NCBI GenBank assembly: GCA_945861645.1
Contig: CAMAVZ010000009.1
Location: 1 to 62,532, forward strand
Direction: 5' to 3'
From: Opitutus sp. GAS368
GTDB taxonomy: Bacteria; Verrucomicrobiota; Verrucomicrobiia; Opitutales; Opitutaceae
Length of the DNA stretch: 62,532 bases
The position numbers and the translations under genes were made by a program. Below are positions 28,805 through 38,695 of the stretch, one piece after another. Position 1 is the first letter of the stretch. The number at the start of each line of letters is the position of its first letter. The notes under the pieces are model-generated. The model was not told the DNA's origin and did no database searches. It saw only the letters and a program-made list of their open reading frames with translations.

Positions 28805-29788
28805 TCAAGGAATCGTGAGGCGCGTTACGCCCGCTTCACCGACGGCCACAATCGCCCCGTCATTAGTCTCGACCAAATCAGCCACACTCGTGCCAAAGTC
28901 AGCAGGTTGCCAGGCTTGGAAGCTGCGGCCGGCATCACGACTGATAAAAAAATTTCCTCCTTGCCCGCCTAACACCAGCGGCCCGCGCTGAAGGCGAAGG
29001 CCGCCCATAATGAGAACTTTGACGTCAGTCGTCAGCGGCACCCAATGTTCGCCTTGATCATCGGAGCGAAAAATATGACCGCGTAGACCGTAGGTGATAA
29101 TTTTCTGCGCCGTCAGCGGCAAGACGCCAAAAAGGGAACCGTCATAAGGAACTTCCAATTTTCGCCAAGTCTCGCCCGTGTCAGCCGAAAGCAGGCATGA
29201 GCCGCTTTCACCCGCGAGGTAAAGTGTGCCATCGGGCCCAACGCTCATTCGATTATAATGCGCCTCCTCCGTGGTGGGATGGCCACTCTGCCAATGGAGG
29301 CCTCCGTCGATCGTAAAGGCGTATTTTCCGTAAGCGCCAACCGCAAAACCGCGCTGGGCGTTCAGAAATAAAACACTGAGGTAAATTGTAGCAAGTTGTT
29401 GGCCATCATCCTGTCGTTGCCAGGTTTTACCGCTATCGCGCGTTGCAATTATAACTCCATCGTGGCCGACGGCCCAGCCATGTTGGGCATCGGGAAAACT
29501 GACGCTGGTCAGCAGCGCGCGGGTCGGCGTGACTTGCTGGGTCCAATGGCGCCCGTGGTCAGACGAAATCAAAACATGCCCGTGATCACCAACCGCCACG
29601 AGTTGTTGGCCGGTATTTACGATGCTCAGTAATAAGCTCCGATCCGCCAAGGGAGCTAATGCCGCCGAGTCTGAGGCGTGAGCCATCGGCAGAAAAATAA
29701 GCACGCAGGATACCCGCCACCGGCGGGAGAATTTATTTAAGGACCGGAGGCGATTAAGTTGCCGTTGCGCCAACATTAGCATGATCAC
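28805..29788 (-). CDS. YCF48-related BNR/Asp-box beta-propeller protein
   Basis: Repeated SxDxGxxW boxes (SSDHGRHW, TRDSGKTW, SADTGETW, SDDQGEHW, SRDAGRSF), AVGDHG, GWAVGHDG. Start uncertain. Confidence 0.88.
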   Translation of the reverse strand: MIMLMLAQRQLNRLRSLNKFSRRWRVSCVLIFLPMAHASDSAALAPLADRSLLLSIVNTGQQLVAVGDHGHVLISSDHGRHWTQQVTPTRALLTSVSFPDAQHGWAVGHDGVIIATRDSGKTWQRQDDGQQLATIYLSVLFLNAQRGFAVGAYGKYAFTIDGGLHWQSGHPTTEEAHYNRMSVGPDGTLYLAGESGSCLLSADTGETWRKLEVPYDGSLFGVLPLTAQKIITYGLRGHIFRSDDQGEHWVPLTTDVKVLIMGGLRLQRGPLVLGGQGGNFFISRDAGRSFQAWQPADFGTSVADLVETNDGAIVAVGEAGVTRLTIP

Positions 29789-29826
29789 TTAAATAAATAT
29801 TTCATAATAGCTGAGCGGCAGGCAAG

Positions 29827-29854
29827 AAAAAGGGCGGCCGGTTGAGGGCCGCCC
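29827..29854 (-). terminator. Intra-operon terminator-like hairpin after the DUF1329 gene
   Basis: Minus strand GGGCGGCC-CTCAACC-GGCCGCCC-TTTTT. Confidence 0.7.
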
Positions 29855-29871
29855 GCAGAGGCTGAATGGCG

Positions 29872-31230
29872 TTAGCGCACGCCATCCTGCCGCAAGGTTG
29901 CCGGAGTGTAGTCCTGCGGCGCGCGGGTGAGGCCAAAATTATACATCTTAGCTTCGTTATCCAGGCCGATGGCCACATAACGACCTGCGATCAAATCGGT
30001 ATGCACCTCGAGCGTGCTCCAGAAAACTTGGGCTTCATAGTAATTGATGCAATGGGCCTCCGAGACGCGCCAGAGTTGGCCGCGGCCATCATATTGATCA
30101 ACGGCGAGCACCTGCCAGCTATCCTCGTCGATATAGAACGTGCGCTGGGCGTAAACGTGGCTGGTCCCCGCTTTCAGCGTGGCGTTAACCACCCAAACCC
30201 GGTGTTTCTCGTAGCGCGTAAGGCTTTGATTGATGTGTAGCGGCTTGAGGATGTCGCTATATTTGATCGAAGCGCTATGCAGCTTATAGGAGTTGTAGGG
30301 CACGATCATTTCTTTTTTGCCGACCAATTTCCAATCGTAGCGATCCGGTGCTCCATTGAACATATCGAATTGGTCGGAAGTGCGCATGCCGTCCGCGGCA
30401 GTGCCGGGATTGTCGTAAGAGACATTAGGCGCACGGCGCACGCGCCGTTGGCCGGAATTATAAAGCCAAGCCCGGCGTGATTCCTTCACTTGGTCGATGG
30501 TCTCGTGCACAACTAAGATTGAACCAGCGAGCCGAGCTGGAGCCATTACAGCCTGCTTGAAGTAGATTAAAACATTATCGAGGTCCTTCTCCTGCATGCC
30601 TTCGCGGGCATAATTGAAAAGAAACTCATCTTCGAAATCGACCAAGGTGTAACTGCCATTGCGCTGCGGTGCCGCTTGGCTAACAGTGCGATTGGCGGCC
30701 ACTCCGCGGTAGCGGGTGAGATGATTCCAAATCACCTCGAGCCCGTTCTGTGGTACTGGGAATGGGGTGCCGATAGTTGAACCCGAGATACCGTTGCCCC
30801 CTTCGGTGAGTGCGGCGGCGGGCGCATTTTGCTTGGTCGCATCGTAAATCCGCTGCGGATTAGAGCCGCTGCGATGCGACGGGTAAACGGGCATCGAGTA
30901 ATCCGAGTAGGCCTTCAGCAAAGCTAAATGCCCCGCGCTTAGTTCCGCCGTATATTTATCCGCATTGGCCGCGGTAATCGTGAATAACGGGGCTTCGTCC
31001 TTGTACGGGTCGGGATGATGCATTCCCACGGTGTAGCCAGCCGGAGGGGTGGTGATGCCGCCGGTCCAAGCCGGAATTGAGCCGTCGGCATTACCGGCCT
31101 TTTCACCGCCCAGCGGAGTGAGGTCGTTGCCGAGTCGGTTCGCGTCGCCCACGGAAATAGCGGCGAGAGCGCCCAGAGTAAGGGAGAGGAGGGTGCTGCT
31201 CGCGATCAAGTAACGGATTCCAGATTTCAT
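29872..31230 (-). CDS. DUF1329 family periplasmic protein (AupB-like)
   Basis: Signal peptide; LTPLGGEKAGNADGSIPAWTGG, PFPVPQNGLEVIWNH, AWLYNSGQRRVRRAP, YDWKLVGKKE, FYIDEDSW. Confidence 0.92.
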   Translation of the reverse strand: MKSGIRYLIASSTLLSLTLGALAAISVGDANRLGNDLTPLGGEKAGNADGSIPAWTGGITTPPAGYTVGMHHPDPYKDEAPLFTITAANADKYTAELSAGHLALLKAYSDYSMPVYPSHRSGSNPQRIYDATKQNAPAAALTEGGNGISGSTIGTPFPVPQNGLEVIWNHLTRYRGVAANRTVSQAAPQRNGSYTLVDFEDEFLFNYAREGMQEKDLDNVLIYFKQAVMAPARLAGSILVVHETIDQVKESRRAWLYNSGQRRVRRAPNVSYDNPGTAADGMRTSDQFDMFNGAPDRYDWKLVGKKEMIVPYNSYKLHSASIKYSDILKPLHINQSLTRYEKHRVWVVNATLKAGTSHVYAQRTFYIDEDSWQVLAVDQYDGRGQLWRVSEAHCINYYEAQVFWSTLEVHTDLIAGRYVAIGLDNEAKMYNFGLTRAPQDYTPATLRQDGVR

Positions 31231-31249
31231 GATAGTGGGGTGGGTAAAA

Positions 31250-33232
31250 TTAGAATGAATACTTCAAGTTGCAGGAGACGAAATCACGATCGCTGATGAG
31301 ATTATAGCGATCGGCACCAAAGAAATTAATATAACGCAGATCGAACGCCCAAGCATTTTGGAAGGTAAACTCTGCGCCGATGGTAAGCGATTTCCGCCCG
31401 TGCAGGAAATTGCCCAAGGGTAAGGGCGTGTTCCCGCCCACATCGTGAGCGTAGATCACGGTCGGGGAAATATTAACCCCGCGGAAGACGTTATTGTAAT
31501 CAAGGCGACCAACTAATTGATAACCCCAAGAAAAGCTGTCCGCGAAAGCCGAGGCAGGCTCAGACAAGGGAGCGATGTTCGAAGCATTATTGCCGGAATT
31601 AGTCATGTAGTTCACATCGCCACCCACCATCGTACCGGGACCATCAAAACGTAAGACGTTCTTGCTCGGGAGATCGGCGTTGACGAAGCCGGTCTCAGCC
31701 AAAAGGGTCGTCTGGGCTGAGCCGAGGATGCCTTTACCCACCCAAGTGGCGGTCATCTGCCCCGTCGTTACTTTGAGGCGGCGATAGCCGGGGACGTAGG
31801 TATTCAGCTTACCCAAGAAATTACCGATTTGATTATTGGTGCCAAAAGCAGGGTTAATTGAGGAGAATGCGGCGAAAAGTAATTCGACGTCATCAACCTG
31901 TAGCGGCTGACTTTTCCGGTAGCTGATTTCACCCTGCAGGGCGATGCCGTGCACACTTGTGTTGAAGCTGGCTCCAACTAAGCCGATGTCTTCGGGGAAT
32001 TCGATCAAGTAGCGGCCGGTACCTGCGGCAGTCAGGAAGCCGATGGTCCTAGCTCCATTTGCAATCGTGATCGTGGAGGGATAAAATGCCGCGTAAGGCG
32101 CTAATGATGGAGCCAAGGAGCCAACCGGAACACTGGTCAGAGCAGAACCCACCAGTCCGGGTAAAATGGCCGAGACGGTGGCAGCAGGAATTCCCGCTGC
32201 AATCATGGCCGGGGCCAGATTCGCGCTCGCCAAGCTGCTCGCGGTTGCTTGCACCAAGGCTGAACTGATCGCAGCACTCGGGGTGCGCGCTGAAATGACC
32301 GGCAGGCGACTGTGATAATTCATGGCGAACAAGCCGAATTCCGTGTCCTTCAACCCGCGCGCTAGCCAGCGAAGATTGACCCCGTATTGCCCGGAGAAAC
32401 CAGGCTCATTGTCGGTCCCACGGGGTACTGCGCCAAGATTAGCGGTGTCGGCGATGGCACCGAATCCGAGCATGACCTTAGTGCCGCCTTTGGGCGCAAA
32501 GTCGTTCGAACTAAAATATGTACCAGGAGGATCAATGCGGGTGCGATCCCAGCCGAGGAGGTAAAAAGCTTCTAACGACAAATCTTCGTTTAGACCTAAG
32601 GCGGCAGAAACCATGTTAACCGGACGAAGCGCTTCTTTAAGCTCTGAGCCGGGCGTGCGGAGTTTCGCCACATCAATTGGGTTGATGGAGTTGATCCCGT
32701 TGGGAATAAAGGTGCTTTCACCCCAGCTCAATACTTGGCGACCCACGCGAAGGGTGGCGGGCATTTCGCCAATCGTCTCCTTGAAATAAACGTAGGCATC
32801 GAGTAATTCCGCTCCGGTACTGACGATTTTATTGGCCTCATCGCTGAGCGCAGTCCGATCGCGGGCGCCGTTGGAATTTACTAAGTCATTGAAATAATAG
32901 CCGCGGACGAACAGCCCGGCGTGCTGATACTTAATAAGGAGATCGTGACTCGCCTTCATGAGGAAGGAGGCGACTCCACTGTTCCGGTAGTTCAAATTGC
33001 CATCGTCGTTGTTGTTCGAGCGCTGAAGACCACCGGAACCGAGCCCGTAGAACTGCGGATCGGCGGGATTAACGCGGTAAAGCCCGCCCACTGAAAGCGT
33101 GGTGTCAAAGTTGCCTTTGACGTCACCCAATTCAAAAACAAAGGCTTGGGCGCACGGCGCTTGGGCCAACAAAGCCAAACCGGCGATAGCCGATAGGCGC
33201 AGACAAGAAGAGACAGCTTTGCTTAGGTTCAT
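31250..33232 (-). CDS. DUF1302 family outer-membrane protein (AupA-like)
   Basis: Signal peptide; NNDDGNLNY, ELLDAYV, GRQVLSWGESTFI..GIN, NYHSRLP; C-terminal DRDFVSCNLKYSF beta-barrel signature. Confidence 0.92.
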   Translation of the reverse strand: MNLSKAVSSCLRLSAIAGLALLAQAPCAQAFVFELGDVKGNFDTTLSVGGLYRVNPADPQFYGLGSGGLQRSNNNDDGNLNYRNSGVASFLMKASHDLLIKYQHAGLFVRGYYFNDLVNSNGARDRTALSDEANKIVSTGAELLDAYVYFKETIGEMPATLRVGRQVLSWGESTFIPNGINSINPIDVAKLRTPGSELKEALRPVNMVSAALGLNEDLSLEAFYLLGWDRTRIDPPGTYFSSNDFAPKGGTKVMLGFGAIADTANLGAVPRGTDNEPGFSGQYGVNLRWLARGLKDTEFGLFAMNYHSRLPVISARTPSAAISSALVQATASSLASANLAPAMIAAGIPAATVSAILPGLVGSALTSVPVGSLAPSLAPYAAFYPSTITIANGARTIGFLTAAGTGRYLIEFPEDIGLVGASFNTSVHGIALQGEISYRKSQPLQVDDVELLFAAFSSINPAFGTNNQIGNFLGKLNTYVPGYRRLKVTTGQMTATWVGKGILGSAQTTLLAETGFVNADLPSKNVLRFDGPGTMVGGDVNYMTNSGNNASNIAPLSEPASAFADSFSWGYQLVGRLDYNNVFRGVNISPTVIYAHDVGGNTPLPLGNFLHGRKSLTIGAEFTFQNAWAFDLRYINFFGADRYNLISDRDFVSCNLKYSF

Positions 33233-33416
33233 AGAGATAAAACGCAGAGGTTCAGGATGAGGAAGCCTTTAGCGACATGGGCTACCGGCTTTGCTTAGGG
33301 GTAGCGGGTAATAGAGTGCTATAATTACGGAATCACAAGCGGTAAACACCAGTCCTAAAATAGCGAATACGCCAATCCCACTTTGACGCGCGAACTAAAA
33401 CCGCAACATTGGCACT

Positions 33417-36266
33417 ATGAACGCGGCGTCGCACATTCATATTAAAGGAGCCCGCGAACATAATCTGCGGAACTTAGAACTTCGAATTCCCCGCGGAAAG
33501 CTGGTCGTCTTGACGGGGCCGAGTGGTTCAGGAAAGTCATCGTTGGCCTTTGATACAATTTATGCGGAGGGCTACCGGAAATATGTGGAAAGCCTTTCCG
33601 CTTCGGCGCGCCAGTTGCTGGAACAGCTCAAGCGACCGGATGTCGATTTTATCCACGGACTTTCCCCGGTTCTCGCGATCGAACAACGCACGGGCGGCGG
33701 CTCTCCGCGCAGTACGGTTGCCACCGTCACGGAAGTGGCCGATTACGCGCGCCTACTTTGGGCATTCTGCGGTGAACCACGTTGTCCTAAGGACGGGGGG
33801 CAGGTTCAGAAACGCTCGCTGGACGATTGCGTGACCCAATTATTTCAGTCGGCCCCGGGCGAGCGCGCCATCTTGCTCGCCGCTTGGATGACGGCTAAGC
33901 CATCCGTCCTGCGCGAGGAATTACCCCGGCTTAGCCAACGCGGCTTTCAACGGGTGCGCATTGCGGGCGTGATTTATTCTTTGGATGACTGGACCCTCGG
34001 TGTAAACGGTTCGGCTGAGCTCACCGTGGAGTTGGTGGTGGATCGGGTGGTCATCACCGCCGATCAACGCAGCCGTTTAGCTGATTCTCTGGAGCTGGCT
34101 TTTCGCGAAGGGCAGAATCGGGTCAAAGTGCTGGTGCAAAAAACGACCGAGGATACTTGGCGGGAAATCCCGCTGAGCCAGAATTTAAGCTGCTCGATTT
34201 GTGGCGACATTTTTGAACTACTTTCGCCGCGGCATTTTTCATTTAATCATCGTGAAGGCGCGTGTCCCGATTGTGGCGGTCTTGGTCGAAAACTTGCGTT
34301 CAGCGATGAATTAATTGTTCCCCAACCGCAAAAATCAGTGCGGGCGGGAGCCATCAAGCCTTGGCGGATTGGCGGTCGCAATCTCATCATTCGACATAGC
34401 TCGATCCTGAAACAATTAGCCGAGCAATTGCCGTTTGATCCTGAGTTGCCCTGGCAGGATTTGCCGCCGCCAATTAAAACAACGATTTTGCATGGCGCCG
34501 GCGAGCGCTTGTTTAGTTTTCGCTTACGGCGGACGCAGAAGGCTGAGTTGAAACCATTTCTTGGGGTAATCGCGCTGCTGGAAGCCGGGCGACGGGAATC
34601 GCGCAGCGACGGTTACCGCGCTCGCTTGGCCACCTTTATGGGCAGTGCGGATTGTCCTTCCTGTCACGGCTGGAGACTTAATGCGCGCAGCGCGGCGGTG
34701 CAGTTGGCGGGCCGCAGCTTTGTGGAATTCATGGCGATGGACATGCAAAGGGCTTTTGAATTTATGCAGAGCCTTACCGCCGTATTGCCCCGCACCGAAG
34801 CGGTCGCCGAAGTCGTGGCCGCAGTGGAACAGCGTTTGCGCTTTTTGAATGAAACGGGGCTAGGCTATTTAACCCTCGAGCGAGAATATGCGACCCTATC
34901 GGGCGGTGAAGCCCAGCGCGTTCGGCTGGCCACGCAATTGGGGATGGGGCTCGTCGGAGTAATCTACGTGCTGGATGAGCCGAGCATCGGGCTGCATCCG
35001 CACGATAATCAGCGCTTGCTCGCCACGCTCCGGGAGCTGCGCGATCGGGGTAACACCGTCTTGGTCGTCGAACACGATGCGGACACGCTGCGGATCGCCG
35101 ATGAATTAATTGAACTCGGACCGGGCGCGGGGACCGAAGGCGGTCAGATCCTCTTTCAGGGCTCGCCTCAAGCCTGCGCGGAATTACCCGCGGCAAACTC
35201 ACGCACCGGAGCGTATTTGGCCGGGAAGCTGAGGATTATTAAAAATGCTCCGACCAAAAAACCCAACAACCGCTGGTTAATCGTGCAAGGAGCAACCGAG
35301 CATAATCTAAAAAACATCGAGGCTCGTTTCCCCGTCGGTCTCCTCACTTGTGTCACCGGCGTCTCGGGTTCCGGTAAAAGCTCACTGGTTAACGATATTT
35401 TGGCGGTCGCCGTCGCCCGCAAGTTAAACGGGGCAAAAAATCTCCCCGGGGCCCATCGCAGTTTGCGGGGGCTCGAGGCTTTTGAAAAAGCCGTCGTGGT
35501 CGATCAAGCGCCGATTGGAAGAAGCCCGCGCTCTAATCCGGCGAGCTTCGTCGGGTTGTTGGATTTGCTCCGCGAACTTTTCGCTAAATTACCGCTGGCG
35601 AAAGTACGCGGCTATAAAGCGAGTCGCTTTAGTTTTAATGTGCGGGGGGGGCGTTGCGAGCGCTGCCAAGGCGATGGGCAAATTAAACTCGATATGCAAT
35701 TCATGGCCGACGCCTACACACCGTGCGGTAGTTGTGATGGGCAGCGCTTTAATCGTGAAACGCTGGAAGTGCGTTTTCATGGGAAAAATATTGCCGATGT
35801 CTTCGCCCTCACGGTTCGGGAAGCGCTGGAGCTTTTTCGCCCGGTGCCGCGGATTATGGAAAAATTAGCCACGCTCGATGCGGTGGGGCTGGGTTATCTG
35901 CAACTCGGACAATCCGCGACCACGCTCTCTGGGGGTGAAGCGCAGCGCATTAAACTGTCCCTTGAACTGAGTAAGCGTGAGCAGGGTTTAACTCTTTATA
36001 TTCTGGATGAACCCACCACAGGGTTGCATTGGACCGATATCCAGCGACTCATGGATTTACTTTTTAAACTACGCGACGCGGGCAATACCTTGGTCGTAAT
36101 CGAGCATAATTTGGATGTCATCCAAATGGCGGATTGGGTCCTAGATCTCGGGCCCGGCGGTGGCCCCGCCGGCGGCGATATGGTCTATGCGGGTGACGTC
36201 GCGGGCCTGAAAAAAGCATCAGGGTCACTCACCGGCCGAGCCTTGCGGAGTGTTACTTTACGCTGA
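33417..36266 (+). CDS. uvrA: Excinuclease ABC subunit A
   Basis: GAREHNL, two Walker A motifs ([18 protein letters not shown]), LSGGEAQR twice, Zn fingers (CPDCGG, CERCQG). Confidence 0.96.
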   Translation: MNAASHIHIKGAREHNLRNLELRIPRGKLVVLTGPSGSGKSSLAFDTIYAEGYRKYVESLSASARQLLEQLKRPDVDFIHGLSPVLAIEQRTGGGSPRSTVATVTEVADYARLLWAFCGEPRCPKDGGQVQKRSLDDCVTQLFQSAPGERAILLAAWMTAKPSVLREELPRLSQRGFQRVRIAGVIYSLDDWTLGVNGSAELTVELVVDRVVITADQRSRLADSLELAFREGQNRVKVLVQKTTEDTWREIPLSQNLSCSICGDIFELLSPRHFSFNHREGACPDCGGLGRKLAFSDELIVPQPQKSVRAGAIKPWRIGGRNLIIRHSSILKQLAEQLPFDPELPWQDLPPPIKTTILHGAGERLFSFRLRRTQKAELKPFLGVIALLEAGRRESRSDGYRARLATFMGSADCPSCHGWRLNARSAAVQLAGRSFVEFMAMDMQRAFEFMQSLTAVLPRTEAVAEVVAAVEQRLRFLNETGLGYLTLEREYATLSGGEAQRVRLATQLGMGLVGVIYVLDEPSIGLHPHDNQRLLATLRELRDRGNTVLVVEHDADTLRIADELIELGPGAGTEGGQILFQGSPQACAELPAANSRTGAYLAGKLRIIKNAPTKKPNNRWLIVQGATEHNLKNIEARFPVGLLTCVTGVSGSGKSSLVNDILAVAVARKLNGAKNLPGAHRSLRGLEAFEKAVVVDQAPIGRSPRSNPASFVGLLDLLRELFAKLPLAKVRGYKASRFSFNVRGGRCERCQGDGQIKLDMQFMADAYTPCGSCDGQRFNRETLEVRFHGKNIADVFALTVREALELFRPVPRIMEKLATLDAVGLGYLQLGQSATTLSGGEAQRIKLSLELSKREQGLTLYILDEPTTGLHWTDIQRLMDLLFKLRDAGNTLVVIEHNLDVIQMADWVLDLGPGGGPAGGDMVYAGDVAGLKKASGSLTGRALRSVTLR

Positions 36267-37438
36267 TGTCGGACTTGCCGCTCATCGTTCATCTCGATGC
36301 GGATGCTTTTTTTGTGTCCTGCGAGCTGACTTTGCAGCCGGCCTTGCGCGGAAAAAAATGTGCCGTTGGTGGCCGCGAACGTGGCATCATTGCCTCCGCG
36401 AGTTACGAGGCGAGGGCTGGTGGCGTTTACACGCCCATGCCGACGACCCAAGCGCTTAAGCTTTGCCCCGACTTGATTTTGCTCCCGCCAACCGCTGGAC
36501 TATATGGTAGAATCTCCCAGCAATTATTCGACCTCTGCGAAACGCTGACTCCGTACGTGCAGCGCAATTCGATCGATGAGGGTTATCTTGATCTCGGGCC
36601 GTGTGGCTTCACGTCGACGGCGGAAATTGAACAACAGGTGCGCGCACTGCAGCAGCGTATCCTGGAGCAATTGGGCGTGACGGCTTCATTTGGCCTAGCC
36701 TCGAATAAGCTTGTCGCGGCAGTCGCGAGCAAGGCCTACAAGCCGCGGGGGTTCACGCTGGTCGCCCCTGGCAGCGAGGCTCAGTTTTTAGCGCCATTAA
36801 AAGTGAGTGTAATTCCCGGCATCGGAAAAATAACCGAAGCGCGCTTGGCCGATGCCGGGATTCGCTTGGTCAGTGACCTCATCGCGCAGTCGGCCGCCGA
36901 ACGGCAGCGCCTTTTGGGCGATGCCGGGCCGGCGCTGCTCGCGTTGGCTCGAGGTGAGGACACCGACTCGGTCGATCCGACTACGGCAGCGGCCCAGTCC
37001 TATTCTACGCAGGAAACTTTTAATCATAATAGTAGAGATTTTTCTCTCATCGAACGAGTAACGAAGCGGATGATCGATGAACTCATGCCTAAAATCAGAG
37101 CAGAGGGAAAACAGGCCAAAACTCTCACCATAAAAATTCGCTATCCTGGGATGGAGGATCGTTCCTCGGCCCGCAGCTTGGCGGTCGGCAGTGATCTGGA
37201 AACCGCATTTTATCCCCTCGTCTCGCAGTTGTTGAAAGCGGCCTGGACCGAGCCACGGCCATTGCGACTCGTGGGCGTGCGTTTTTCTGGTATCGAGCAA
37301 CCCAGCCGCCAGCTCGAAATTTTTGGTGAAGTGGCCGATAAAAAGCGCCGCTTGGCTGGGGTGCTGGATAAATTGAATGCCCGCGGACCGTTGCCCGCGG
37401 TGCATTCCGGCCATCAGCTCGGACCGCGGCCGTCGTAG
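36266..37438 (+). CDS. dinB: Y-family DNA polymerase IV
   Basis: HLDADAFFVSCE, SASYEAR, SIDEGYLD, SKAYKPRG, IPGIGK, LRLVGV. Confidence 0.92.
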   Translation: MSDLPLIVHLDADAFFVSCELTLQPALRGKKCAVGGRERGIIASASYEARAGGVYTPMPTTQALKLCPDLILLPPTAGLYGRISQQLFDLCETLTPYVQRNSIDEGYLDLGPCGFTSTAEIEQQVRALQQRILEQLGVTASFGLASNKLVAAVASKAYKPRGFTLVAPGSEAQFLAPLKVSVIPGIGKITEARLADAGIRLVSDLIAQSAAERQRLLGDAGPALLALARGEDTDSVDPTTAAAQSYSTQETFNHNSRDFSLIERVTKRMIDELMPKIRAEGKQAKTLTIKIRYPGMEDRSSARSLAVGSDLETAFYPLVSQLLKAAWTEPRPLRLVGVRFSGIEQPSRQLEIFGEVADKKRRLAGVLDKLNARGPLPAVHSGHQLGPRPS

Positions 37439-37452
37439 CCTCGTCGCGATGA

Positions 37453-37761
37453 TCAAGGGTGGTGCAGTAACGCGGTATAGCCGGGAAGTTTAGCCGCGGC
37501 TGGTTCATGGGCTAGAGCAACCGCAACCCTAACTGCCCGTTTAAAATCGTTATCATCCGCCTCATTCCAACGCACCTTAGCGCGAAAATATTCTCACCAG
37601 CAAAATTCCGAGAAGAAATCCTCCGGCTTTTTTTTCTCAACGAAGCCGCCGGCTTTCATAACGGCCCAGCCTAAGCCGCGGTTGATGTTACTCTGGATTT
37701 CGGCTAGGGTCGTGGGGAGAAAGCTGGCGGCCAGCCAGGAATACGATTCATGGTACCTCAT
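37453..37761 (-). pseudogene. ParB-like (ParBc_2-type) protein C-terminal remnant with internal TGA
   Basis: Hand translation: MRYHESYSWLAASFLPTTLAEIQSNINRGLGWAVMKAGGFVEKKKPEDFFSEFCW*EYFRAKVRWNEADDNDFKRAVRVAVALAHEPAAAKLPGYTALLHHP*. TGA at 37594-37596. Confidence 0.65.
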
Positions 37762-37885
37762 ACGCTTTTACGGCTTAAATAGAGTTCGAGGGGTCAAAAT
37801 TCTAGGGCACAATCAAATATCGCGGTCGGCGGGCTAGATTCCATTTGGAATCAGAGCGGCTCTGTGGATGCTGCCCTTTAATTAT

Positions 37886-38695
37886 ATGAACCCCATTGCG
37901 TCCAACCACGAGATCGATCAACGCATTGCCGCTGCCCTCGCTGCTGTGAGTGCAGAAACAGAGTTGATGCATCAGGAATTCGGGCGCGCGCGCAGCGAAC
38001 TTAAATCCGACGGCACGAAAGTCACGGCGGTCGACATCGCTATTTCTCAACATATTCAGACCACCATTGGGGCGTTGTTTCCCACCGATCAATTTTTTAG
38101 CGAAGAGCTGACTCCGACCGAAGCCGCCGTGCCTGTAACGGCCCGTTTCTGCTGGGTCCTTGATCCGATCGATGGCACCAACAATTACGTCAACGGGATC
38201 AGCCATTGCGCCATATCTCTCGCGCTGCTGGAACGGGGCGAGCCGGCTTACGGCGTGATTTATGATTTGGCTCGACGGGTGCTCATTCATGGTGGACCCG
38301 GGCGCGGGCTATTTGAGGGCTCGCGACCAGCGCGCGCTCGCGGCGAGGCACCGAATAGTCATAGTTTGATTGGGTTTCATTCACCGTCAGATAAGCGTCA
38401 TGCGATGGAGGGGAAACAGCTCATTGAGAATTTTAAAATTCGGGGCCTCGGCAGCAGCACCCTGCATTTAGCCTACGCGGCGATCGGGTTGCTCGATGGG
38501 GTCGTGGACCACAATAATAAGGTATGGGATATCGCGGCGGCTTGTGCTCTTTGCGCAGAAGCGGGCATTAAGATTCATTATCTGGAAAATCCGCCGTTCC
38601 CCATGCGAACATTTACCCTCCTGGCACCGCGCGTGCAATACGCCGCCGGTCTCCCGGCGATGGTCCAACGATTGCGCGAAGTAATTGGCCGCTAA
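37886..38695 (+). CDS. Inositol monophosphatase family protein
   Basis: FSEE, WVLDPIDGTNNY, GSSTLHLAY, WDIAA. Confidence 0.92.
   Translation: MNPIASNHEIDQRIAAALAAVSAETELMHQEFGRARSELKSDGTKVTAVDIAISQHIQTTIGALFPTDQFFSEELTPTEAAVPVTARFCWVLDPIDGTNNYVNGISHCAISLALLERGEPAYGVIYDLARRVLIHGGPGRGLFEGSRPARARGEAPNSHSLIGFHSPSDKRHAMEGKQLIENFKIRGLGSSTLHLAYAAIGLLDGVVDHNNKVWDIAAACALCAEAGIKIHYLENPPFPMRTFTLLAPRVQYAAGLPAMVQRLREVIGR

Noticed and set aside
33281-33310. c-di-GMP-I riboswitch-like words (GCAAAGC, GGTAGCGGG) upstream of the DUF1302 gene
   Set aside because: The words lie on opposite strands and the GAAA tetraloop P2 is absent; only a simple GCTACC/GGTAGC hairpin remains. An Infernal search would settle it.
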